From: Lytechinus pictus
Lineage: Eukaryota
Assembly: GCF_037042905.1 (NCBI RefSeq)
Contig: NC_087261.1
Coordinates: 4,340,001 to 4,404,000 of the forward strand
Direction of reading: 5' to 3'
Length of the DNA stretch: 64,000 bases
Part shown: positions 50,501 through 63,162 of the stretch, in pieces
Numbering within the stretch: position 1 is the first letter of the stretch
Layout: each line of letters starts with the position of its first letter
The notes under the pieces: generated by a model
Databases searched by the model: none
The model's input: the letters and a program-made list of their open reading frames with translations, nothing else
Told to the model about the DNA's origin: nothing
Program-made: the position numbers and the translations under genes

Positions 50501-51154
50501 AATACACGCTAACTATATACGCTAAATAATTGCAGTGATACTAACTAATAGCCAACAGCATCTATTAGCATCAGGGCACCCATTTCATAAAAAAATGAAA
50601 TGTTAAATCAAAGTAGGAGTGACAACCTTTTCAAATGTTACCACTTTAAATGGTTCGAACCAACACTTCAAATGTTGGATTCATCTTAATGCATGGTTGG
50701 ATATGTTTGATAAAATATTTGGAAAAGATTGTCAGGGGCCGCGGAACCGGAGGGGGGGGGGGGGGCTTTTGAAAAATTACCTAAAATTAATCATTTTGAG
50801 GACACTTATCGGCTTTCATGGTTATTTCCCTTTTTTGTGATATTAAATTTATGCTTGTCATTTTCTTTCTAATAACAACCCCTGAACAAAATCACCTGTA
50901 TAAAAATCGTTCACAGGGCCCCGGTGTATAATTCAATAACTTTGTTATTTGTTATCAGGTTTTGATGGAATGTTCAGATTTTTTTTTTAATGTGAATATT
51001 ACTCTTATTTTCCGCTCGGAGTTCCCCTTTGATAACTGATAATGCATGGAGCAGTATTGGTGTAGACATATTTTTAAAAATATATATAACTTCTCTTCCT
51101 CCCCCTCTCTCTCCCTCTTTCTCTCTTCAGAATGGCCCAACAACCGAGAGATGA
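34624..51154 (+). CDS. NIPAL2: NIPA-like magnesium transporter (NIPAL2/3-like), ~430 aa; exons 34624-34776, 35730-35798, 36436-36631, 40317-40373, 44240-44292, 45285-45353, 46279-46375, 47269-47407, 48296-48384, 48991-49054, 49629-49750, 50325-50485, 51131-51154
   Basis: All introns are GT-AG with consistent phases. Hallmark NIPA segments [94 protein letters not shown] and FGCICSFIGVYMIT. The last exon is uncertain (alternative read-through stop at 50512); the symbol is by family resemblance only. Confidence 0.88.
34790..35015. repeat. (GATT)n + (ATATG)n compound microsatellite
   Basis: Direct reading, just after the NIPA exon 1 donor. Confidence 0.85.
35500..35592. repeat. (CAT/CAC)n microsatellite
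   Basis: Direct reading. Confidence 0.85.
36180..36335. other. Assembly gap (N run)
   Basis: Run of N. Confidence 0.99.
38187..38448. mobile_element. hAT-like MITE, family D
   Basis: CACTAGCGTACCTA...GGTACGCCACTG; CCTTAC on both flanks; inverted copy at 42086-42336. Confidence 0.8.
39131..39666. repeat. 21-bp minisatellite, ~25 units, consensus GGTACRTCCTTATGCCCCA(GG/TG)
   Basis: Tandem units with palindromic CCCCAGGGG/CCCATGGG cores. Degenerate units resume after 39855, beyond a CACTC-type MITE. Confidence 0.92.
39676..39854. mobile_element. CACTC..TAAAAA-type MITE
   Basis: CACTCAGTAAAAA...TTTTTAGAGTG ends with inverted AACATTTGAAAGG / CCTTTCAAATGTT and GACAACCTTTT / AAAAGGTTGTC; related fragment at ~50590-50730. 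Confidence 0.65.
40479..40602 (-). mobile_element. SINE fragment
   Basis: Minus strand: B box GGTTCGAGCCCCGG, then CTTTCGGATGGTGACGTTACAGATCAGTCCC conserved-domain-like body and (CA)n end. Confidence 0.55.
40661..40869. mobile_element. MITE
   Basis: TIRs GACCGCGCAGAAATGTTGTTAGC / GCTAACAACGTTTCTGTGCGGTC. Confidence 0.7.
42086..42336. mobile_element. hAT-like MITE, family D (opposite orientation)
   Basis: CAGTGGCGTACCTAGG...TAGGTACGCTAGTG with perfect 8-bp TSD GTACTTAC (42078-42085, 42337-42344). Confidence 0.85.
43398..43588. mobile_element. hAT-like MITE
   Basis: CAGTGGCGTAAGTAGG...CCTGCGTACGCCATTG termini. Confidence 0.65.
45811..45979. other. Assembly gap (N run) within a (GTA)n tract
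   Basis: Run of N. Confidence 0.99.
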
Positions 51155-54076
51155 ATGTCAGACCAGGGCATATCCCTGGTCAGACGATACAAGTATGATA
51201 TAGGTTGGGATGAGTTTAATTAACCGTGATCGAGTCAACGTTCAATGCATTAATCTGTACACTCAGTGGTTCAAGGTCGCACGAGGCAAAAGACATTCAT
51301 TCTATAGCTAACCGAATCTCATTTTTTTAATTTGATATAGCTGATTGACAAAAGAGTATGAATCTGATTGGCCATCTTACACTGATTCTAGGGAGGGCAA
51401 CTGCTGAACTTTCTTTGCTTGAATGGGGAAGAAAAGTCACATAACTTTTGGAACTGTAGCGGAAGTAGCTACGTACTGTAGCGGAAGATATGGGGCTACT
51501 TATTTTACTGTTTCGGGTGATGAATTTGATCCTGTCAGGAGATGTCTTCATAAATTCCGATTAATCTTTTAAATGAATCGGTCATGTGACCCTTTTTTGT
51601 CAGATATGGAATGTCAGATATATATCCTATCCACTGATAGTAAACATTCGTGACCCTCTTATTTCATCCTTATTTCATGTATTTTATGAATTTTTGAAAG
51701 TGCCATCGAACACACGAGTCTATGGGAAAGGTTTTACGCTCGTGAAACCATATGGCATGTATAAGGAACGCCATACTATACAAAGACAAATAACTGATAC
51801 TGGCTTGGATAGTGAGATCGCTCATGTCCAGCTTGGTCAGGAGGGTGTCCTGGGATGATGAGTGGACGTTCTAATCACTTTTTTGTAACGCTGAACGAGA
51901 TGGGTATACAACTGATGCGAGCGCGTAGCGCGAGCTGAAATTGTTTCAGCACTTTCTTGTAATTATGACCATGCATGTTGCATGGGCATCTTGCTAAAAC
52001 AAAATATGAAACTCGTATCGCGAGAGAAATACTTTGTGCATATTGACTTGAACACTGGAGCTATCCCATTGGACAGATAATTTATTTTCTCAATTAAGAA
52101 AGTAGTTCTTATAAGGTAATTGTAGGGTAAAGCATATACTTTGTTGGAAAACGCATTCTGTTATAAGAGTCAAAGTACGATTAATCAAGGCAACTCGGGA
52201 AATGTTCTTTTTAAGAAAAAAAAGATGTTTTCATGTTTTCTGTATTTCATGTATATACTTTGTCTTTTTATGTTTTTATAGTTAGGCAGTTTAATTGGGT
52301 ATTAACTTGTGGGATTATGGGTGCGTCTTACAAACACTGCTAAAACCAAAAAAGTGACTCTGTATAATCCTCTTTCCTAAAGAAATTCAGGAATGAGTTT
52401 GAGTTGATTTATAGATATATCTGAATCACCCATCGTGTTTAAGAGATCTCTAAAATACTCACCGGGGGGATAAAGATATCATTGCACCGTGAATTCATGT
52501 AAAGAATTCGAACGATATTCTTTTTTTTTTTTTCTTTTTTTTTTACAAAATGCGAAGGCCATTGCCCTTTTTTTATATATTTTTTAATGTGAAACGTATA
52601 TATCGAAAATTGTGTCATTTTGAAAACGATATTCTGCTGCTTTAATGGTGCTTTAACATAACCCAGAAAGTGGATCCATGCATATAAGTGCGTCTGCCCT
52701 GTGTCGTTTTATTCAAATTATATTTAAAATGTTAAAATATAGCACATCACCGTTCTTGCATGTGAATCTACCAAAGATGTTTAAGAGGGGCATAATATCT
52801 TCCATCGCTCGGAGAGATCTCTTTCTAGAATGGACAGGCCTGGGAGAAAATATTTGCCTGTTTTCTTTGATAAAATCAAAATCAGTGGGATACGGGCAAC
52901 TAAAGCGTTATCATAGTTGATACAGTTATATATTAATATTGCGCTGTCGCTTCTTAACCAATGTAAATCTCGAAAAAAGGTTGTAGATTATTTTTATTTG
53001 CTGCTCTATATAGCCTGTCCATTCACATCACGAGCACGCGGATCGAATTTATTTGTTTCGATGTATTTTAAATGTGTGGTATAATGTGCTTGGATTTATA
53101 TTTGATTGTTACTTATGTGTGAATAAAATATTATTCATGACACCAAAATGGATCTAACTTCAATTTACTTTGTTTGAAAATTTCAAATAGATGCACTGTG
53201 AACATTTTGATAAAGAAATTACTTTTCGCTTTTATTAATTTTTTAAAAAGCTATATGTTAAAGGTGCGTTGTGTCAAGTAATATCAATATATAATGAAGC
53301 GTTCACAAGTATTCTTCATTCTTTCGATACTTACAGGAAAAAAAATCAAATTATGATGAGGATACATAAAATATAGTTGAGTACTTTGTTCAGACAATTC
53401 AGGACACAAGATCTCAAAATACAGTAGTTACATCTAAGATAACTCTAAAACATCAGACCCCTGGGAACGGACTTTGTTAATAGGGGGTGCTGGTTTGGAA
53501 TGAAAAAAATACAATGGTCGGATTTTGGTCAGAAAAAGCAGCATCGCCCCCCCCCCCCGACAAATCTTGGGGGTGCTTCAGCATCCCCAGCACCCCCGCT
53601 TCCCAGGGCCATGAAAAACATTAATAGCAAAATGTTAAGAACTGAAATCGGCATTGACTAATTTCTGATGAAGATCGGTATTTATATTCAAATTATCCTC
53701 TTGCATGAAGTGCATGAGGAAATAAAGTAAAATGTTGAATATGATAGTAATCGATAGAGATAAATCCTGATAATAATGTAATAAAAAACAATCATGATCA
53801 TGAAAGATATGATAATTATATTATATCGATGATGAGGATGATGGTGATTATGATATAAAAGTTATAGTAGTTATTAATACGATGCGATGATAATATAATA
53901 ATGGTAAAACACTTTTTCAAGAAAATATACAAAAAGACATTTCATATACATATAAAGGAAAAAATGTACCACTTTGGGTCCCTGTAAAAGTAAAATCAGC
54001 AACAACAAAAAAACAAAAACGGAACACTTACAATCGATTGCAGCCTTTTCTACACGGTTTGTTATGTACTCCGAAT

Positions 54077-54477
54077 GGTTTATATCCAATTCGTCCAATT
54101 GCCAACTCGTCTACTTTCATTTGATCTACCATCAGTTCGTCCACTCACCACAGGGTCTATTTTCATTTAGTCTAATGCCATTCCGTCTAATAACCAGTTG
54201 GTCCAATAGCCATTTAGCCCATATACCATGTGGTCTAACTAAAGTGTTAACTGTGCAAAATGAATGAAAAGAAAATGGGTATTAGACCAACTGGCTATTA
54301 GACGAAATGGTAATAGACGATCTGGTGATTAGACGAAGTGATGATTGGACCAAATGTTTATTGGACTAAATGGTTGTTAGACGAAATGTTGATGGACGGA
54401 CGGATGTCATTAGACTAAATGAAGGTAGACCATTTGGTGAGTGGGCGAGTTAGCAGTGGACGAATTGGCAATTTACC
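54077..54477. mobile_element. MITE family E (Merlin-like GG termini, 8-bp TSD)
   Basis: GGTTTATATCCAATTCGTC...GACGAATTGGCAATTTACC; TSD CTCCGAAT/CTTCGAAT; GTCTAA/TTAGAC subrepeats. Confidence 0.8.
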
Positions 54478-55139
54478 CTTCGAATCACAGTTGATTATGT
54501 TTGATAGAAGAGCAGAGATATCACAATTTTTTTTACAGGGTCTAGAATTAATGACGATATAAAATAAGTTAAAATAATAAGCAAACGTTAATTGGAGAGA
54601 GTTATTTCTGAGAATTTGAGCCGTTTTCCCGAAACGAAACCGAGTGAAGAAAGTACGTAGGAATTGGTATTGATCCACAGAAACCAAAATTTGATTATTA
54701 TCTTTAAATTCCTTTTGGGAAATTATACATTTGATTGGAGGAAAAAACAGAACAGAAAAAAAGAATTAAATAGTGGATACTCGAGATACTGAAATTTAGA
54801 CAAATTTGATGAGAAATGAAATTAATATTAAATTTGCTTCGCCACTGGGAAAAAAATGATCAGCAATTATTCTTAGACAAAATCTTGAATATCGATTTCT
54901 GTTTTATTACAGGCATAAAATGCAATACACGCGTCCAAGAAGGATATATTAGGCATTTTATGGTTTAAAGACAGCGACATGCTATGAAGGCCTACATCGG
55001 CATAATCAAATTTATTGTTTCTAGTTTATTTGAAATTGAATTTATTAACTTTTAAAAATAATTCTTTGGTGAGATAGAAATAAAGGGGCCCTATATTCCT
55101 TGAACATACTGACAAATTTTATTCTGTTTTCAACAATTT

Positions 55140-58100
55140 TCATTCTTCATGCCGGTAAATAGCACGAGACAGTAATCGAACTTTCATGGCATTCGGTCGT
55201 AATATCACTCCTTTGTCGAACCCCTCATCGAGCGATTCTGGACGATCTCCGGGCTCAAAGTCGATGTTGAATTTCTGCATGATCTTGGCGAAGATGAGGA
55301 ACAGTTCGTTTTTTGCCAGTTGATCTCCAAGACATTTCCGAGAGCCTTAAGATAAAGAAACAGCAAAATATCGATTTGTCAATTTTGACTGACAGATGCG
55401 TCAAGTTTGTCCCCCCCCCCCCTGAAAATTTAAATAAAACTTTGCATAGGAATAGTATGGAACATACATTTTGTCAATTTTGTATGAAAAAAACTCTGTC
55501 TTATACTTTGGCGCCCAGAGTGCGCCGATTTTTTTTTTTACATTTTTTTGTTCACTTTTGCCCCCCCCCCCCCCCCCCCCCATCCGAAACATAGATCGAT
55601 GGGCTACACATTAAATCACCGAAAGGTAATTATGTGTTTTATATTCCATATAGGAACATAACGACTTAATTAGAGAGGGAAAAGGAAACACAATTGTTCT
55701 TGTAACACCTACATGTACTTGTGAATGACCAGATTCGGGCCAGGCAATGGATAACCTTTTATTTCATTCGAACATAAAGAGATATCACTATTGATTTGGA
55801 ATAGTCCCATGAGAGAATAGCATTAGTCCCTTCCTTATTATCTGTATGTAAATCATGGGGACGAAAAGGTGGCGCAAAATCTCATTGCCACTTTCACTGA
55901 ACTGACTTTGGCCATTTTAACAAAGATTGGGACAGACAGTTTGGAGCCACTACCAATAGGTCCATGTCTGACCAATGAGGTATGCTGGATACCCTCATCT
56001 TCAGATTCTGAATGCCGTCTCGTTAAAAACTGTAATGATGCTTGGTTAAATAGTTTTGCCAACTTTTCTGTCGACTGTTGCAAACGCTTGCGAATATTAC
56101 GAATATATGTTTGCGACGCCACATGCAACTGTTTAATGGCCTCATTTCTAAATGTTCTTTTTTCAATTCCCATTAACACATGATGATATGGCATATGGGC
56201 AAATAATGGGACCGTATACGTAGTCATATGTCAAAATAATTTTGAAACTCACCGCAGCTAAATGGCATGTACGCAAGAGGCTCATCAACAAGTGACTTCA
56301 TGTCATTTCTCAGGAACCTATCAGGGTTAAACACTTCCGGGTTATCCCAAAACTCGGCACTGTGATGACATGACCAGATGTTCGGCGTTAGAATGGCACC
56401 CTGAATTAAAATAAATAAATAATTAAAACGTTGAAAATATTGTTGGTCGATTACAGTGTTTTTCAGTAATTTTAGTGTTTATACCATGATTCTTCTAACT
56501 TTACAATTCATACTTTATTTTTTTAAAGATTTATTATAAAACAAGATTGAATGTTATGTGTCATAGATCGATCGAATGTGATACCTCGATTCAAATGCCT
56601 TTTACATAATTTCCGAACGGTCCGATGAGAAAGTCCGGTGGTCAAAATCAACCTTAATTCTGGTACAGTTCGACAAAAACAGATATTCGAACTTTATCAA
56701 TAAAATGTTTTATTTCTCATAATTATAAATAAATGAATTTATTAATCAGCATATTGGTGATGTATTTAGACAAGCATATTTTACTTCAATGATAATACCC
56801 TTCAGTATGTTGTTGCTGGTTTTCGAAAGAGTGCTGTAAAATGGATCAATGTCTGTGACCCGCCCTAGCTCCCCAATTCCCCGCCTTTGATTGGTAAATT
56901 GCCAATTCGTCTACTGCCAACTCGTTCACTCACCACATGATCTACCTTCATTTAGTCTAATGACATTCCGTCCATCAACATTTCGTCTAACAACCATTTG
57001 GTCCGATCATAATTTTGTCTAAACCTCAGTTCGTCTCTGACCATTTCGTCTCATAACCAGTTGGTCTAATATCCATTTAATTTTCATTCATTTCGCCCAA
57101 TTATTGGTAAGATTAGACCAAACTGTATATGGACTCATGGCTATTAGACCAACTGGTTTTTAGACGAAATGGTGAATGGACTAAATGGCAATTAGACCAT
57201 GTGGATAGTGGACGAACTGATGGTAGACCAAATGACAGTATAGACGAGTTGGTAATTGGACGACTTGGCATTAGACCAATTGAAAATAAACCCTTTGATT
57301 CACCCCTAGGGTCCTGGGGTAAGCCAGCTTACCTTAGGGATGGTGCACCCTCTCAATACAATCTCTTCTGATGTAACGTGTGGTATGGCCAGTGGTACAA
57401 CTGGACGGATGCGTAATATTTCCATGATAGTTGCTTGGATGTAAGGCATTGATTTCTTGTCTTGCAAACGTGGTCTCCTTTCATCCAAAACGCGGTCGAT
57501 CTCTTCATGAACCTACAAAAATTCGGAAAGTATTTTGTTGTTATGACTCCTGCAATTCTTTCTTAAGCCATCCCATCTCGGCTTTTTAAAACCCCTGTAA
57601 CAGTTGATCAATTTCCTACATTAATTCATGACATCCCGGGCATGACATTTTCTAAAACCAATATGGTATGGATACGAGTATACGACATTGAACATGTTTT
57701 TATGCCTGTCTGGTTTTACATCCAGATCAAAATGATTGAATAAGAAATAACTGTGAATTTATTTGTTGGGCATCACTGTCAATGATTGGAATGGGCTGTA
57801 TAATCTTTGACCGTAGCTTTTAATATGCGATTGCTAAATCTTATTAAGCGCCAATGTCGATGAACACTTTAAAAAGGGGGCAACTTAATCATGAAAAAAA
57901 GGGCTTGAAGTATGAGTTCAAATTTTCAATAACAATCAATGAATTTAAAAAAATAGTTGATGGTCACTCCACTTTTGATAGGAATGTTAACCGATCCTCG
58001 AACATCAATCAAATTATCTTTACTTAATCCCTGCTTTAGACAATAAGATCAGCTTTGATGAAAGGTCAAGTCCACCCAAGAAAAATGTTGATTTGAATCA

Positions 58101-60606
58101 ATAAATAGCACAATCATAACGCTGAAAATTTCTTCAAAATCGACTGTAAAATAAAAAACGTTATGACATTTTAAGGTTTCGCTTGAATTTCACAAAACAG
58201 TGCTAAGCGCAACTCAGTGATATCCAAACGAGAGACCCGATTATGTCCATCACTCAACATATCGTATTATATTATACAATATTCAAATTTTACAGCTTTT
58301 AACAACTTGACTGACCCAAAAAATGTTAAAACGATTGTAATTTCACATGTTAAGAGATTAATATTCATGTGGCTAATTAGGAGAAATTGAAATATTGAAT
58401 ATTTCGTATAACAAAATACAAAAGAAATAGTGAGTGATGTCATCAGTCCCCTCATACCGACCAGGATGTGAATAAAACTGTTTTGTAAGGTTCGGCGAAA
58501 TTTTGAAATGTAAAAATGTTATTAATGTAATGAAATTTTCAGTGGTCATGCTCGTTTTATTTTTTCTGTTATTCAAATCAACCTTTTTTTTAGGTGGACA
58601 TATGTCCACATTAGAAATATTCCTGTCCAATTGCATCCGATATACTTTTTGTTTTGCTTTGTTTTGTATATTATGTTTTAATTCATATTGTAGTTCGGTT
58701 TACTGCGAACAGTTAGTACTTTTTTCAGTACTGCCCCCTTTTTTAAAGAATTTCTTAGATCTACCTTCTTTTGAATCTCTGGGTAGTGCGCCATGATAAG
58801 AACAGCCCACTGAAGAGTATTTGCTGTGGTGTCTGTCCCCGCAAGCATGAGATCAAAGACCAATCTCCAAACCTCTCTGGTCTTCAACCTGTCCTCTCCC
58901 GTACTCTCATCCTGTTCTGCAGCCTGCATAATACGCTTTACAATTGTGTTGATGTTGTTATGGTCGTACGCAATCGCCTGTGAATATACGGCTGTTGATA
59001 GCGTGGTCTTCAAGAACTGCATAGCCTGCCGTAGAGGGCGTAACCTTGGCATGTAATAGAAGAATGGGAAATACCGTAAGGAGTTCCGGCCGACGACTGG
59101 ATGCGACGTGGTTACCTGGAAGGAATCTATCATCTGCTGAAGTTTTGGGTCGTCGAGATCGAGACTGTAGCCGTGCACCATGGTCTGGATGATGTTGGCT
59201 ACGGCTCTGTTGATGTGATGACGAGGATCGAATGACTTTGAGGTTTGCTCACCAAGCTTGCCCAACAAGGAGTCTGCTTCATGAATGATGATTGACTCCA
59301 TCTGTTGGCCCCATGTGCCGATGTTCCTGAGGCAAGGAGATACCACCCGTCTGGCTGTTTTCCAAAGAGGGCCATTTGCAAGTAAGATACGATGATCTGT
59401 GTGTATAATACATGTAACCAAAACATGCTAATGGAACAGTCACATTGGCAAGAAGGGCGGCCTGGGCTCCATTTGATTAAGACTTGAAATGACTTTACCA
59501 TCATTGTAATGTCCATGGATATCATGATTGTAGTTGGATGCTAAGTCATATCATGACAAAAATAAAACCATATAGTTTACTTAAACTATTTAACCATTTA
59601 TCAGACGGGTCACGAAGGGGATTCGCAAGCTAAAGATAATGTATGATGATGATGATGGTGGTGGTGGTGGTGGTGATGATGACGATGATGATGAAAGAGA
59701 AGGGGAAGAAGAAGAACCTTTAATAAGTTAGTCGTATAAGCCACACGCTCATGAAAGGAATATTTTTTTCCCGTCAATTTCATACATAACAATAAAAAAC
59801 AACTGGATACTATTATACCTTTAACCAATATTATAAGACATGGTTTGGTCAAATGTACGATGTTCGGAAAACATTTTCACATCTTTAATTAACACTTTAA
59901 CTAACAAATTATTTCAATTAATTTTATTTATTCTATTCCATTATCAGCATAACATAACACATTACAGTTAGAAAATCATCACAAATGATTATCATCGCAA
60001 GTTTCTACTTGATATACATCCAAGGAGATTTTTTAATCAAATTATATCACACATAGTAATAATTTTGATATCAAAATAGTTTTATGAATTATGTTGAAAA
60101 ACAATGTGTCACTCAACTAAATTTATCAATTTTTCTTTTTCCCAAATTGATGAATAGGATCTTGATTCTAAAAACAATAAATTGGGAATGAAGATGCCAA
60201 TATTACACGTGAACCTACTGTAATCTCCTCCATATATCATCTTGTACGCTGCCATAACCTGACGATCACTGCAAACTGCTCTATTCCTGACGAAGGCTTC
60301 CCGGATGATCTCGGGATCACTGATGATGACATTGATGTCGGATCCGAAACTAAAACTAAACATCTTCCCGTACTTCATCGCCAGCTTCTCGAAGATGTTC
60401 TCCACTCGCGACGGGAATGTCATCGTCAACATGTAGTATGCCATCCTGATCTGGAAGAACCATGGGCCAGGAGGGAGAAGAAGGCGACGTCGTAGACCGC
60501 GGAACACCATTGCGATGATGATGCTGATCACCGCACTGCTAAGAACAGGCGTGATCATTGAGCTCGACAACGAGATTTTTGTCGGATTGATCATCTCTGC
60601 CATCAT
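55140..60606 (-). CDS. Cytochrome P450, clan 2, ~517 aa; exons 60606-60219, 59396-58765, 57512-57333, 56400-56253, 55345-55140
   Basis: N-terminal TM anchor, basic cluster and LPPGP; WKTAR (WxxxR); I-helix AGTDTT; K-helix EILR; FNPDRF; heme motif PFSCGSRKCLG split across exons 4/5. GT-AG introns with consistent phases (1,0,0,1). Confidence 0.93.
56893..57292. mobile_element. MITE family E, opposite orientation, CYP intron 3
   Basis: GGTAAATTGCCAATTCGTC...GACCAATTGAAAATAAACC; perfect TSD CTTTGATT (56885-56892, 57293-57300). Confidence 0.85.
58061..58610. mobile_element. Kolobok-like MITE (degenerate) in CYP intron 2
   Basis: AAAGGTCAAGTCCACCCAAGAAAAATGTTGATTTGAAT ... ATTCAAATCAACCTTTTTTTTAGGTGGAC; body similar to 29174-29771. 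Confidence 0.6.
59643..59693. repeat. (GAT/GGT)n microsatellite
   Basis: Direct reading. Confidence 0.85.
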
Positions 60607-62912
60607 TTTTAAATCGTAAGCAGAACAGCGGCTACTAACACTGGTGTGATATCGATCCCCAAATGGTAGCAGATGAAGAGGCTGCCGAAACTAAACTGAT
60701 ACTGATGTCATGGAAAGTCAGGCGAACAAATTAATAGCTTTCAAATTGAGTTAATCGATTGCAAAATACTGATCCATGATGTGATCGTACATTAAGTGAT
60801 AGGAATGCACTATTTGGCGATGATAAACGATCGGAAATTGTTTTTTTTTTCAAAAGTGGTTACATAGTCAGAGGATGCCAGCCGTTTGAAGAGTCACGAA
60901 AAGTCAAGGCAAACTGATTGTTTCCTATATTTTTTGTTGTTGAAAGGGAAAGGTAGGGCCAACAGACCCCCCCCCCCCCGTTCCACTCAACATTGTGACA
61001 CAGTAACCTCGAGCGTGAGGTAAAGCATTAGGTATTACATATTTCAAGACAGGGAACGCGGAACGGTTTTGGAAGGGGGGCTGAGCCAAAAGTGGGAGGC
61101 TGACCATGCAAAAATCACAATCAGATGGTCAGTTTGACGTTTTCGTACACGGTTTCTTTTTTTTTAAGTGGGGGCTGAAGCACACGCAGCCCCCTCCTGC
61201 TTCCGCGGTCCCTCTGTAAGACTACCCCCGCCCCCCCCCCCCCCTGGCGTATCTAGGCATTACAGTGCCCTCCTCTGGCATGTCTGGGGCTGCACTATAA
61301 TCATGGTGATGTATCTGCGAAGCGACCAAGCGTTGAATGAGTTCAAACTTTAATTCATGAAACGCAGTCATTGGTGCTTTTTCCCCTCGAAACTAAGCAG
61401 AAGAAATACCCTGAATCTTTACGGCGTTTTCATAGTAATAGAAATTCGGAGTAAATTTTAATGAAATCCTTGACAAATACTCAAGGCCTAGTAGTAATAG
61501 CAACATGCTGAACATTCACGTGCTGTATGGCCCAAAATCTTATGAGATCCTGATTTAAAAAGTGTTCAAGAGAGAGGGAGCGATGCGACCGAGCTCCGGA
61601 AAGTTGTGGTATTTGAAACAATGTTTGTTTATTACGCCTTTGACCCCCCCCCCAAAAAAAAGAGAAGTATATAATTATCTGATGATTTCGGGATCACGTG
61701 AGTTACACTTACCCAAGGCCACAATCTATTGGGTTGATGATGTTTACAGGATGAGAGAAGCGAATGTCACGCGATGTGAGTGCCACTTGATTAATACTCC
61801 CATATCATTTATATAATGATTATGTTGATTTCTCTCCTTCTTTCTCTCATATTTCTCTTTCCCTGTCATCTTCCACTCCTCTTCCCTCCGCAGTCATACA
61901 ATTCCGGGTTCACCGGTTATAAGCATATCCGGGGATAGGTTCACTATCCATGAAGAACATTGTTCACAAAGACACTATTCTTAAAAGCATGATGGCAGTT
62001 GGGCATCAAATGGAAAAGGGGTCCTTTTCCGTAATATTTGTAATGGGCCATTTTTGTAATTAATGTTTACAATAATAGTAATAGATACCGATGTTAAAAT
62101 AGATACCATTCATGATTGAATAAAAGGAAACTATTCATAAAAACATCCCATTACTCTAGCGACACTCTTTTTTTATCCCATTTACGACTATAGTGATCCT
62201 TTATTCCATTTTTTTTATAATATCGAGGCCCTCTTCTCCGATTATGACGAGCGACCCTCTTCGAACATGGAGAGCAACTATTTTCATGCAGTCTGACGAG
62301 CAACCTCATTCGACATTCCAACAATGAATCTGAATGGTGGTCCTTGTGATAAGTCAGTTAGTGATAAAAATTGTGCATTTTTTGTCGGGGTGGAGCCACG
62401 AATTTTCATTCATCCTTTATCGGCAGGGACAGCGGAACAGGGGGACAGGGGGCACCCTTCCCAAGAAAAAAATCCCATAGGAAAAAATGCCTTTTTTTCA
62501 AAATGGAAAGTGCCTTTTTTTCAAAATGAAATGTGCCCTTTTTTCAAAATGAAATGTGCCCTTTTTCAAAGTGAAATATATACCCTTTTAATGTGAGACA
62601 TAATATATTTCGTAAAAAATATCACAAAATCTTTAGCCCGTGCTTCGTGCTCTCATCATTTATTGTTTAGTAACCTCCTCATTCTATTCTTGGTTAAAAA
62701 AGTGCTTAGAATATCCAGTTTTCAACTCGCGCTTCGCGCTCGCATCATTAGATCAGTGAAATATATATCCTATTTATCAGTCACTAAAATGCAGTCCTCA
62801 TCAGGTTAATTAGTTGGTCAGTAATCAAATTTTTTTGCTCGCGCTTCCCGCTCGCGTCAATTAGTAAAATACACATATTTTTCATGATAATAAAAACTGC
62901 TCGGAATGTTTA

Positions 62913-63125
62913 ATTCAAGTTCAAGTTCAAATTTATTCAAACCAATCAAGAACAAGAGACATATCACATAGTTTAACAAAAATGAGAATACATGATAGGT
63001 TTGGGACCCCATAGAAGCAGAGCTTGTGAGAGGGGCCCCTTATAAAATACATTACAACAATAATGAGATGAAAAAAATATTTACAATGATAATCTAAAGA
63101 GTAAAATAAGAAAATACATACAAAC

Positions 63126-63162
<37 letters not shown>

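Noticed and set aside
51650-51900. Possible pseudogene fragment downstream of NIPA
   Set aside because: No recognisable motif in the frames I read, and stops interrupt the more protein-like frame; cannot support a call.
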